Below are positions 8,745 through 17,044 of a DNA stretch of 40,141 nt, piece after piece. A program made the translations under genes and the position numbers. Position 1 is the first letter of the stretch; each line of letters starts with the position of its first letter. Below the pieces are notes generated by a model that was given only the letters and a program-made list of their open reading frames with translations, had not been told where the DNA came from and did not search any database. Origin of the DNA: Bacillota bacterium (GTDB taxonomy: Bacteria > Bacillota > Clostridia > Peptostreptococcales > Anaerovoracaceae); NCBI GenBank assembly GCA_036725465.1, contig DAIMEC010000001.1, positions 1 to 40,141 of the forward strand, written 5' to 3'.

Positions 8745-10028
8745 CTATTCGTAAAACTGGTCTGCTTTAAGTACGGCGCCTAAAGCTGCTGTTGCTCCTG
8801 CCGTGCAGTCTTCATCAGAAACAAATTCAGGTTCACAATGGGACAGTCCGTCTTTTGTTCTCGTGAATATCATAGTTGTCGGCAACATATATGCGCAGAA
8901 CTGTGCGTCATGTCCGGCTCCGGAGAGTATCTTCTGCCATTTCATTCCGCTTTCTTCCATTGATTCTTCTACAAAGCGAACGAGATTCTTGTCGAAATAA
9001 ACCGTATCTCTTACCCACTGTTCTTCGATCTCACATGCGCACTTGCACCATTCTTCCTTTGCCATATCCTTTAGTATGCCCATTACCTTTTTGCGAAGCT
9101 CCGGATCCGGATGTCTCACATCCAGGGAGAACTCTGCTTCATCGGGAATACATGTATGTATACAGGGATGAACATATATCTCGCCTGTGGTGTATACGAA
9201 TTCCGGTTCCTGTCCTTTGTTTAGTTCATCAAATCTTTTGTGCATTTCACAAAGGAATGTGGAAGCAGCAAAAAGAGCGTCATGTCTTTTACCCATGGGG
9301 AATGTTCCTGCATGAGCCGTGAACCCGTGGAATCTGACTCTGTAGTTGAACATGCCCATTACCAGCTGTACTGCACCCACTTCATTACCTGCTTCTTCCA
9401 GGATGGGTCCCTGTTCCAGATGTGTTTCAAACATTGCGCAGTATTTGTCGGGGCTTATTCTGTTTTCTTTGGGTCCCTTGAATTTTGTTGCTGCCAGTGC
9501 TTCTCCGAAATTTGCGAACTCGGATTCATCCATGGGTGTGGATTTCATCACATTCTCATACTTAAAATTCACACGCAGTTCTTCGGGAATATAATCATTG
9601 CATATTATACCCGAAACCATCATAGCGGGAGGATAAAGAGAGCCTTCTTCATTGGTCCATATCATTGTCGTTATCGGATGCTTGTGAGGTATTTTTTCAG
9701 CCACTATCGTTTCCATAACTTCCATTCCTGTCATTACTCCCAGAATACCGTCATAGTTGCCACCGTTTTTAACGGAGTCCACATGGGAACCCAGAACTAT
9801 CCTCTTTGCATTGGGATCCGATCCTTCAATGGTTGCATACATGCAGGCCACATCGTCACATTCGATTTTTGCGCCGATAGCTTCCATCCTTTTAACGAAC
9901 TCTTCTCTGGCCATGTGTGCTTCAGGGGAAAGAGAATATCTGGTTATTCCGCCATGACCCGCGTCTCCGAATTTTGAAAAGGTTTTGATTTTGTCGCTCA
10001 TTCTGTTTAGATCACATTTGTAAGCCAT
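8745..10028 (-). CDS. M20-family Zn-dependent carbamoyl-amidohydrolase (allantoate amidohydrolase / N-carbamoyl-L-amino-acid hydrolase / beta-ureidopropionase family).
   Basis: GGITRYSLSPE and GSHVDSVKNGGNYDGILGV motifs are characteristic of the AmaB/AllC family. The start was moved to the ATG at 10028 (MAYKCDLNRMS), which has AAGGAGG 7 nt upstream. The track start at 10100 has no RBS. Confidence 0.8.
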   Translation of the reverse strand: MAYKCDLNRMSDKIKTFSKFGDAGHGGITRYSLSPEAHMAREEFVKRMEAIGAKIECDDVACMYATIEGSDPNAKRIVLGSHVDSVKNGGNYDGILGVMTGMEVMETIVAEKIPHKHPITTMIWTNEEGSLYPPAMMVSGIICNDYIPEELRVNFKYENVMKSTPMDESEFANFGEALAATKFKGPKENRISPDKYCAMFETHLEQGPILEEAGNEVGAVQLVMGMFNYRVRFHGFTAHAGTFPMGKRHDALFAASTFLCEMHKRFDELNKGQEPEFVYTTGEIYVHPCIHTCIPDEAEFSLDVRHPDPELRKKVMGILKDMAKEEWCKCACEIEEQWVRDTVYFDKNLVRFVEESMEESGMKWQKILSGAGHDAQFCAYMLPTTMIFTRTKDGLSHCEPEFVSDEDCTAGATAALGAVLKADQFYE

Positions 10029-10137
10029 TTTATGCCTCCTTAAATTAATAATACCATTATGCCTTTCGGCCGTTTTAATAAAATATATATCGATATGCAA
10101 CGCAAAAACAACACATCACACACCGAGGTACAATAAT

Positions 10138-10165
10138 ATTATATACCTGTCTTTTTTTTTTGCAA
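10138..10165 (-). promoter_or_regulatory. Sigma-A type promoter for the M20 hydrolase gene (TTGCAA-N16-TATAAT).
   Basis: The minus strand reads TTGCAAaaaaaaaagacaggtaTATAAT, about 105 nt upstream of the ATG at 10028. Confidence 0.5.
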
Positions 10166-10186
10166 CATGTAAAGAAAATTTACATG
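10166..10186. promoter_or_regulatory. Perfect 8-bp inverted repeat CATGTAAA-N5-TTTACATG abutting the -35 element. Candidate operator or activator site.
   Basis: Read directly at 10166-10173 and 10179-10186. It is flanked by TTGCAA hexamers on both sides. Confidence 0.35.
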
Positions 10187-10211
10187 CCTGATTGCAATAT
10201 TAAAAAATGTA

Positions 10212-10694
10212 TTATTCATTCAGTACTGTCAGTTTTTTTATTTTTTGGGGTTTCTTCGGTTTGTCTCTCATATCTCTTTTGGTGCTTACGATCCTGTCAG
10301 CCTCTTCCATCCCCTCTGTTATTCTGCCGAAGGCTGCGTACTGTCCGTCAAGGTAGGGCGCATCATCCACCATTATGAAAAACTGAGATCCTGCAGAATT
10401 GGGATTCGCCGCTCTGGCCATGGAAAGCACTCCTCTTTCATGAAGAATATCATTTTCAATTCCGTTGTCTGAGAATTCTCCTTCTATTGTGTGCCCAGGT
10501 CCCCCTGTTCCATCTCCCATGGGACATCCGCCCTGTATCATGAAGCCGGGAATAACCCTGTGAAACAAAAGCCCGTCATAAAACCCCTTGTTGGCCAGGG
10601 CTTCAAAATTGGCCACTGTTTTTGGCGCTGTATTTTCGTAAAGTTCGCCTTTCATCATCTCGCCGTTTTCCATTTCGATTATAACTTTTTTCAT
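10212..10694 (-). CDS. ppiB: Peptidyl-prolyl cis-trans isomerase, cyclophilin type.
   Basis: FHRVIPGFMIQGG, SMARAANPNSAGSQFFI and FGRI motifs. 160 aa. RBS AAGGAG upstream. Confidence 0.9.
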   Translation of the reverse strand: MKKVIIEMENGEMMKGELYENTAPKTVANFEALANKGFYDGLLFHRVIPGFMIQGGCPMGDGTGGPGHTIEGEFSDNGIENDILHERGVLSMARAANPNSAGSQFFIMVDDAPYLDGQYAAFGRITEGMEEADRIVSTKRDMRDKPKKPQKIKKLTVLNE

Positions 10695-10698
10695 TTCA

Positions 10699-11154
10699 TT
10701 ATCTCCTTATCTTAAAAACTTCCTGTTTCTCTGTGCCGCTTTCTATAAATTCCCACAACTCGTCTCTCAAATATTCCGGATAAAGATTTTTTGTTCTTTC
10801 CATCTCTTCTCTGCCCATGAAGCGAACTTCCCTGATGACCTGCTCATTTTCTTCTCTTTCGGGATCATTTCCTTTTTTGAGGCTGCCCCCCTTTATTTCC
10901 CCCATGAAGAAATTGACAAATCTTTGCTCTTTACCTTCTCTTACCTGTTCCACATGCCAAATAAGCATGCCTATTTCCACATCAAAACCTGTTTCTTCCT
11001 TGATTTCTCTTGCAGCAGCCTGCCTGGAATCTTCATTCTCTTCAATGCCCCCTCCCGGAAGCATCCATATATCTTTCCCTTCATGATGTTGCCGTACCAT
11101 CAACACTCTTTTTTTCTCATCGAGGATCACTGTCCTCGCACCACCTATCCACAT
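10699..11154 (-). CDS. NUDIX hydrolase.
   Basis: Nudix box GGGIEENEDSRQAAAREIKEETG. 151 aa. The start overlaps the stop of the upstream transporter gene. Confidence 0.85.
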   Translation of the reverse strand: MWIGGARTVILDEKKRVLMVRQHHEGKDIWMLPGGGIEENEDSRQAAAREIKEETGFDVEIGMLIWHVEQVREGKEQRFVNFFMGEIKGGSLKKGNDPEREENEQVIREVRFMGREEMERTKNLYPEYLRDELWEFIESGTEKQEVFKIRR

Positions 11155-11684
11155 AAAAATGCTCCTGCTGTTCCCATTACTATTATTATAATGATGGGAT
11201 TTATTTTGAATTTACCCGACAGTATAAGTGTGACCATAAATATCCCAAGGGGGATAAGCTCTACAGAAAATGGGGCCGGTCTGTATATTGATGTGCCGGC
11301 GATAAAAACCACAGCCGCTGAAATAAGGCCGATCACTGTAGGTCTCATACCCTCGAATATTCCCTCCACTATCCTGCTTTTCCTGTACCTTCCCATAAAT
11401 TTCATCACAAGTAGTACTATTACAAATGAAGGAAGTGCGATGGAAAATGCAGCCAGTATACCTCCGAATATCCCTGCATATTCGATCCCCGTGTAGGTAG
11501 CAGCATTTGGAGCCACTGCTCCGGGTACTGCCTGGGAAACGGCAATAAGGTCTGAAAACTTCTCGGGAGACAGCATGTGGTATTTCTGTACCATTTGAAA
11601 GATTAGGGGCAGCATCGCTATCCCGCCTCCGAAACTGAAAGCTCCTATAAAGAAAAAAACCATGAACAGATGAATGAACTTCAT
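11145..11684 (-). CDS. Chromate transporter (CHR) family protein, short single-domain type (second of a pair).
   Basis: Multi-pass hydrophobic 179-aa protein with a FSFGGGIAMLP motif paralogous to the upstream gene. There is a 4-nt overlap with the upstream partner. Confidence 0.75.
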   Translation of the reverse strand: MKFIHLFMVFFFIGAFSFGGGIAMLPLIFQMVQKYHMLSPEKFSDLIAVSQAVPGAVAPNAATYTGIEYAGIFGGILAAFSIALPSFVIVLLVMKFMGRYRKSRIVEGIFEGMRPTVIGLISAAVVFIAGTSIYRPAPFSVELIPLGIFMVTLILSGKFKINPIIIIIVMGTAGAFLCG

Positions 11685-12259
11685 TGGTGACCACCCGCCT
11701 CTGTTTTTTTTCTTTTTACTGCCATATATACAATGCCTGCCGTTCCTCCCAGTATTATGGGTATAACAGCCATTATTTCAAATATACCTATGGCGATAAA
11801 AACCAGAAGCGCTACTGTCCAGTGAAATGGTTTTCTTAATACTTTTTTTGCCATATCAAAAACAGTAACAGTTATCAAACCGCAGGCGGAAGCCTTTATT
11901 GCTGTAAAAGCTCCGCTGATATAAGTACTTTGGCCCAGCGCCCCAAGAAGAAGCACTACTGCAGTAATGCATATGACTGAAGGCATAAGCATTCCAATGG
12001 TTGCCACGGCGGCTCCTGTTATGCCGTTTCTTTTGTTCCCGATATATGTGGCTGCATTGACGGCAATTGCTCCGGGAAGAGCCTGGCAGACGGCCAGACA
12101 ATCTATCATTTCTGTTTCTGTCAGCCATTTTTTTTCTTCAACGATCACCCTTTGTATTATGGGTATCATGGCATATCCGCCGCCCACTGTAAAAAAACCG
12201 GTTTTGAAAAAAGCAAGAAAGAGAACAAACAATTCCTTTGCCTTGTCTTTTTTTGTCAT
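11681..12259 (-). CDS. Chromate transporter (CHR) family protein, short single-domain type (first of a pair).
   Basis: FFKTGFFTVGGGYAMIP and ALPGAIAVN motifs typical of the ChrA family. 192 aa. The arrangement resembles paired short CHR genes (B. subtilis ywrA/ywrB type). Confidence 0.75.
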   Translation of the reverse strand: MTKKDKAKELFVLFLAFFKTGFFTVGGGYAMIPIIQRVIVEEKKWLTETEMIDCLAVCQALPGAIAVNAATYIGNKRNGITGAAVATIGMLMPSVICITAVVLLLGALGQSTYISGAFTAIKASACGLITVTVFDMAKKVLRKPFHWTVALLVFIAIGIFEIMAVIPIILGGTAGIVYMAVKRKKTEAGGHQ

Positions 12260-12261
12260 TA

Positions 12262-13986
12262 TTATTCCCCGTTTATCATGCCGACGGTTCTCTTGATAGC
12301 TTCATCAAATGTTAACTCTTCTTTTTTTGATCCGCAACGGAGTTTGTATTCTGCTTTTCCTTCTGCAGCTCCTCTTCCTACGGTTATCTGCACAGGTATA
12401 CCTATCAGATCCGCATCCTTGAACTTGACTCCCGGTCTTTCATCCCGATCATCCAGTAGCACATCTGCTCCGGCCTTCTTAAGTTCGCTGTAAAGTTTTT
12501 CGCCCTCTTTCATCTGAGTTTCATCCGAGGTTTTTACAATTATTATTATCACCTGATAAGGAGCAACTGACAAAGGCCAAAGTATCCCGTCGTCATCATG
12601 ATGCTGTTCTACTATGGCTGCCAGAGTCCTTGTGACTCCTATGCCGTAGCATCCCATTACTATGGGTCTGCTCTTCTGGTTCTCATCCTTATAATATGCT
12701 CCCATTGATTCGCTGTATTTTGTTCCCAGTTTGAATACCTGCCCCACCTCTATGCCTCTTGCGATTTTCACCGGTTCTCCGCATGAAGGGCATGGGTCAT
12801 TTTCCCGAATGAGTTTTATATCCGCTACTATATCTGCTTCGTAGTCTCTTCCATAGTTTACATTCTTTAGATGAGCATCCTTTTTGCATGCACCGGCACA
12901 AAGGTTTTTCTGTCCGGGCAGCTCACTGTCAACGACTATAGTCAAATCATGAAGCCCGACAGGTCCCGTAAACCCTCCGACGCATCCTGTGGCAGGCCCC
13001 ATTTTGCCCTCATCGGCAAAATCTATTGAATGTTCGGGTATACCAAGGGCATTAACAAGTTTGACCATATTAAGCTCTCTGTCACCCCTTATGAAGGCTG
13101 CCACATATCCGCTTTCTTTTTCATCATTGTCGTAAGTGACAAAAAGAAGTGCCTTTATTGTCTGATCCTTTTTGAGTCCCAGGTATGCGGCCACATCCTC
13201 GATCGTCTTCATGTCAGGAGTGCCGACTTCCTCCAAAGGCTTCATTTCCTCGTCATCGTGTTTTGCATCCGGGGTTTCTGCCCTTTCCACAGTAGCCGCC
13301 ATATGACAGTTTTCACAATATGCTATCTGACTTTCTCCCACATCGGAAAGAGCAGTAAATTCATGAGAGTTGCTGCCCCCCATTGCACCCGTATCCGCAT
13401 CGACCGCCCTGTACTTTAGTCCGCATCTGTCAAATATTTTTTCGTATGCAGCATACATGTCTTCATAACTTCTGTTCAGTCCTTCTTCATCCCTGTCAAA
13501 TGAATATGCATCCTTCATTATAAATTCCCTGCTTCTCATAAGACCGAATCTGGGACGGGCTTCATCTCTGTATTTTGTCTGTATCTGATAAAGGTTTTCA
13601 GGTAGCTGTCTGTATGAGGAAATGTCGTTTCTGACTATGTCCGTAAAAATCTCTTCATGGGTTGGCCCAAGACAAAATTCTCTTCCGTTTCTGTCCTTTA
13701 GTCTCCAAAGTTCAGGACCGTATGCAAACCATCTTCCGGATTCCTCCCAAAGCTCAGCAGGCTGTACTGCGGACATGTGGATCTCCTGCCCTCCTGCGCC
13801 ATCCATTTCTTCTCTTATTATTTCCTCTATTTTTCTTACAGATCTCCATCCCATAGGCATAAAGCCATACACGCCGGAAACAAGTTTTTTTATAATACCT
13901 GCCCTGAGCATCAGTATATGACTGGGTATTTCTGCTTCACTGGGTACTTCACGCAGTGTTTTAAAGTGCATTTTTGAAAGTCTCAT
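12262..13986 (-). CDS. proS: Proline--tRNA ligase (bacterial type with editing insertion).
   Basis: MRLSKMHFKTLREVPSEAEIPSHILMLRAG N-terminus, class II motifs (FRDE-like YRDEARPRFGLMR, GCYGIGVTR), 574 aa, strong RBS. Confidence 0.95.
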   Translation of the reverse strand: MRLSKMHFKTLREVPSEAEIPSHILMLRAGIIKKLVSGVYGFMPMGWRSVRKIEEIIREEMDGAGGQEIHMSAVQPAELWEESGRWFAYGPELWRLKDRNGREFCLGPTHEEIFTDIVRNDISSYRQLPENLYQIQTKYRDEARPRFGLMRSREFIMKDAYSFDRDEEGLNRSYEDMYAAYEKIFDRCGLKYRAVDADTGAMGGSNSHEFTALSDVGESQIAYCENCHMAATVERAETPDAKHDDEEMKPLEEVGTPDMKTIEDVAAYLGLKKDQTIKALLFVTYDNDEKESGYVAAFIRGDRELNMVKLVNALGIPEHSIDFADEGKMGPATGCVGGFTGPVGLHDLTIVVDSELPGQKNLCAGACKKDAHLKNVNYGRDYEADIVADIKLIRENDPCPSCGEPVKIARGIEVGQVFKLGTKYSESMGAYYKDENQKSRPIVMGCYGIGVTRTLAAIVEQHHDDDGILWPLSVAPYQVIIIIVKTSDETQMKEGEKLYSELKKAGADVLLDDRDERPGVKFKDADLIGIPVQITVGRGAAEGKAEYKLRCGSKKEELTFDEAIKRTVGMINGE

Positions 13987-14056
13987 TTTTTTTGCTTCTC
14001 CTTCTTGTCTTTTTTATCTGGTGCTTTTCTTTATTATCTGATTTCTGATTTGTCGA

Positions 14057-14548
14057 CTAATACTTAATAAGGAGACAGGCCGCCTCTGCAGCTATGCCTT
14101 CTCCTTTTCCTATTGTCCCCATTTTTTCGGTGGTGGTTCCCTTTATGTTTACAAAGTCTTCTTCAATTCCCATGGCTTCAGCAAGATTTTCTTTTATTTC
14201 CCGGGTGAATTTTGCGATCTTCGGCTGCTGAGCCATCACTATTATATCCGCATTGCAAATATGATATCCTTTTTCTCTTATTATGCCTGTCACATGCCTG
14301 AGCAGTTTTATACTTGATATGTCACGGTATCTGTCATCAGTGTCCGGAAAATGCATGCCGATATCTCCCATTGAAGCTGCTCCCAGCAGGGCATCCATAA
14401 GAGCGTGAACAAGAACATCGGCATCAGAATGCCCCAGGAGACCTTTTTCAAAGGGTATAGTAATGCCTCCCAGGACAAGTTTCCTGCCGTATTCAAGACG
14501 ATGCACATCAAATCCGATGCCCGTTCTGATTTCTCTTATGTCTTTCAT
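14057..14548 (-). CDS. ispF: 2-C-methyl-D-erythritol 2,4-cyclodiphosphate synthase.
   Basis: GIGFDVHRL, GHSDADVLVHA and IGMHFPDTD motifs. 163 aa. ATGA overlap with the upstream gene. Confidence 0.95.
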   Translation of the reverse strand: MKDIREIRTGIGFDVHRLEYGRKLVLGGITIPFEKGLLGHSDADVLVHALMDALLGAASMGDIGMHFPDTDDRYRDISSIKLLRHVTGIIREKGYHICNADIIVMAQQPKIAKFTREIKENLAEAMGIEEDFVNIKGTTTEKMGTIGKGEGIAAEAACLLIKY

Positions 14549-15651
14549 TTTCTTGCCGGTTTCCCGAAAATCATTCTTCCTGCAGAAGTCTGCAGCACAC
14601 TGGTAACTGTCACCTCTATGGTTTTACCTATATGCCTTCTGCCGTCTTCAACTACTATCATTGTTCCGTCGTCAAGATAGGCAACAGCCTGATTGTTTTC
14701 TTTGCCTTCTTTTACAAGGAAAAGACTCATGTCTTCACCCGGAAGGACCACAGGTTTCAAGGTGTTGGCAAGTTCATTTATATTCAGTACTTCCACTCCT
14801 TTGATAGATGCCACCTTGTTGAGATTAAAATCATTAGTAACAACTTTTCCGTTCATTATCTGGGCCAGCTTCAGTAATTTCACATCCACTTCCGGTATCT
14901 CATCAAGGGACTTTTCTCCTGTGGTATTGTAGATCTCAACCCCGTATTCACTTTGTATCTTGTTAAGTACATCCAGCCCCCGGCGACCTCTGTTCCGTTT
15001 CAGGGAATCAGAGGAATCAGCAATATGTCTGAGTTCAACGAGAACAAATTCCGGTATCACGATATTTCCCTCAATGAATCCGGTCTTCATTATGTCCGAG
15101 ATCCTCCCGTCTATTATTACGCTGGTGTCAAGTATCTTGGGCGTGGCATCGGACTGTTTCTTGCTTTTGCCGGATGAAGCCGTTGCTTTTCTGGCTGACA
15201 TCAATGCTGCAAGACCTTCTTTTCCTTTTTTTGTGGCCACCACGACCCCAAGATAACCCAAAAGAAGATAAGTCAGGACCGTAAGCACAGTCGGCAGGTA
15301 ATCAACTTCTATGCCCGCATAGATCTGGCTTATCAAAAATGCGATCAAAAGTCCTGTCACAAGTCCTGTGATCCCTGCTATAAGCTCATTAGTGGAATAT
15401 GACTGGAGATCGCTTTCAATGTTCCTGGCCATTTTCTGGCTCTGTCTTTTCACTGATGGTGTAAGCCTGAAAAATAATAATGCGAAAATAATTACAAATA
15501 CTATGGCCGCCCCTATTTGCTGCCACTGGGTAAATCCCCGACCCGGCCCTATGTCGCTTATGGTTAAAAGGTATTTTGTAAGCAAAAATGCTCCATACCC
15601 TATTATGCCTCCCACCAATGTGAAAACAAGTCTCATCAGTTTTTTAAGCAT
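14545..15651 (-). CDS. yacL: PIN/TRAM domain membrane-associated protein (YacL-like).
   Basis: N-terminal TM segments, then a PIN domain (ILDTSVIIDGRI) and a C-terminal TRAM-like domain (GKTIEVTVTSVLQTSAGRMIFGK). The start was moved to the ATG at 15651 (MLKKLMRL), preceded by AAAGGAGGTG. Confidence 0.85.
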   Translation of the reverse strand: MLKKLMRLVFTLVGGIIGYGAFLLTKYLLTISDIGPGRGFTQWQQIGAAIVFVIIFALLFFRLTPSVKRQSQKMARNIESDLQSYSTNELIAGITGLVTGLLIAFLISQIYAGIEVDYLPTVLTVLTYLLLGYLGVVVATKKGKEGLAALMSARKATASSGKSKKQSDATPKILDTSVIIDGRISDIMKTGFIEGNIVIPEFVLVELRHIADSSDSLKRNRGRRGLDVLNKIQSEYGVEIYNTTGEKSLDEIPEVDVKLLKLAQIMNGKVVTNDFNLNKVASIKGVEVLNINELANTLKPVVLPGEDMSLFLVKEGKENNQAVAYLDDGTMIVVEDGRRHIGKTIEVTVTSVLQTSAGRMIFGKPARK

Positions 15652-15717
15652 TGGTTCACCTCCTTTCTGTTTTGCTATTTTGGTATGCAAAGAGGTCCTC
15701 TTGTCATTTCCTAAAAA

Positions 15718-16191
15718 TCAGATGGAATCGATGACAAGTTCTTCAGCCTTGGCAGTTTCCATATCTCTGGCAAGTATTATTTCACTGACCAGTATCTGGC
15801 GTGCATTGGCCAACATTTTTTTTTCGCCGGCGGAAAGGTTTTTTTCCCTTTCGATACGAAGAAGGTTCCTGACTACTTCTGCCACTTCACAAATATCCCC
15901 GGTCTTGAGTTTCTCCATGTTTTCTCTGTATCGTCTGTTCCAGTTGTCTGACATCTCGGTAGAAGGTGCATTGAGCACCTCAAGGACTGTGTCCACATCT
16001 TTTGATGAGATCACGTCCCTAACTCCGATATCTTTGCTTTTTTCCACGGGTATCATGATCTTCATGTCACCGCAGGGCACATTAAGGACATAATACTTTC
16101 TTTTTTCACCCAGGATGACTTTTTCTTCGATCTGTTCTATTATCCCGGCACCGTGCATTGGATATACGATTTTGTCTCCAATACTATACAT
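15718..16191 (-). CDS. carD: CarD/CdnL family RNA-polymerase-binding transcription regulator.
   Basis: MYSIGDKIVYPMHGAGIIEQIEEK N-terminus (CarD_TRCF RID domain). The start was moved to the ATG at 16191, preceded by GGAGGA. Confidence 0.9.
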   Translation of the reverse strand: MYSIGDKIVYPMHGAGIIEQIEEKVILGEKRKYYVLNVPCGDMKIMIPVEKSKDIGVRDVISSKDVDTVLEVLNAPSTEMSDNWNRRYRENMEKLKTGDICEVAEVVRNLLRIEREKNLSAGEKKMLANARQILVSEIILARDMETAKAEELVIDSI

Positions 16192-16372
16192 TATTTTCCT
16201 CCAGGTCATACCTAACTATTAGTATAATTCAAAACACGATAATGTGTCAAGCATTCAAAATTACATAGTTTATCACAGTGCCTTTTCAGTGTCAACATTT
16301 TTTTGACACAAATTCTACACTTATTTTTCTTTTAATATGTTACAATAATTCTAAATAAATGGAGGTACTGTT

Positions 16373-17044
16373 ATGCCCAAATTACTGGTAGTGGATGATG
16401 AACAAAAAATAAGAGAAGTGATAAGAGAGTATTCCGAATTCAACGGATATGAAATAACCGAGGCAGAGGATGGTATGACAGCCGTCGGACTTTGCAAACT
16501 TAATGATTATGATCTTATAATAATGGATATAATGATGCCCAAGCTGGATGGTTTCTCTGCCTGCAAAGAAATCAAAAAAATCAAGGACATCCCAATAATA
16601 ATGCTTTCCGCAAGAAGCGAAGAATACGACAAACTCTTTGGCTTCGAACTGGGCATAGATGACTATGTAATAAAACCCTTCAGCCCAAAAGAGCTCATGG
16701 CACGGGTAAATGCGGTTTTGGCCAGACGAAGCAAGCCCTCAAAGGCAGCTGCCGAAATACTGGAATTTGATGGACTTGTCATAAACATACCGGGCCGTAT
16801 AGTTACTGTTGACGGCGAAAAGATAGAACTGACACCCAAGGAGTATGATCTCCTGTTCTATCTTGTGAACAATAAAAATATTGCTCTTTCCAGGGATAAA
16901 CTGCTTTCTGATATCTGGGGGTATGATTTTTTCGGTGATGACAGAACCATTGACACTCACATAAAAAATCTTCGCAATAATCTGGGGCCCTACAGAGATT
17001 ACATAGTTACCCTGAGGGGAGTAGGATATAAGTTTGAAGTTTAA
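16373..17044 (+). CDS. OmpR/PhoB-family response regulator.
   Basis: Receiver motifs (LVVDDE, DLIIMDIMMPKLDG, KPF) and a winged-helix C-terminus (LTPKEYDLLFYL, RGVGYKF). RBS GGAGG upstream. Confidence 0.9.
   Translation: MPKLLVVDDEQKIREVIREYSEFNGYEITEAEDGMTAVGLCKLNDYDLIIMDIMMPKLDGFSACKEIKKIKDIPIIMLSARSEEYDKLFGFELGIDDYVIKPFSPKELMARVNAVLARRSKPSKAAAEILEFDGLVINIPGRIVTVDGEKIELTPKEYDLLFYLVNNKNIALSRDKLLSDIWGYDFFGDDRTIDTHIKNLRNNLGPYRDYIVTLRGVGYKFEV

Noticed and set aside
9240-9977. Long plus-strand ORFs antisense to well-supported minus-strand genes: 9240-9977 (245 aa), 15368-16093 (241 aa), 25522-26436 (304 aa), 28106-28939 (277 aa), 10924-11496 (190 aa), 3286-3801 and others.
   Set aside because: Each lies fully inside a gene with strong family motifs on the other strand. 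Their translations are low-complexity (rich in Cys, Phe, Ser and Ile) with no recognisable motifs and no RBS. This is the typical shadow-frame artefact of codon bias.
10166-10186. The inverted repeat as the rho-independent terminator of the cyclophilin gene.
   Set aside because: On the transcribed (minus) strand the AT-rich 8-bp stem is followed by TTGCAAAAAAAAA, with no U-tract. It is more consistent with a protein-binding palindrome next to the -35 element.
11212-11694. A 160-aa minus-strand ORF overlapping the second chromate-transporter gene in another frame. Similar small same-strand overlaps occur at 11856-12128, 5076-5288 and 14308-14511.
   Set aside because: It is an alternative frame of a clearly membrane-protein-coding region, and its Arg/Ser-rich translation has no features. 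The transporter frame carries the family motifs.
14545-15651. The PIN-domain protein as a toxin of a toxin-antitoxin or defence module.
   Set aside because: It has the TM-PIN-TRAM architecture and conserved carD/ispF neighbourhood of the housekeeping YacL family. There is no small antitoxin partner.
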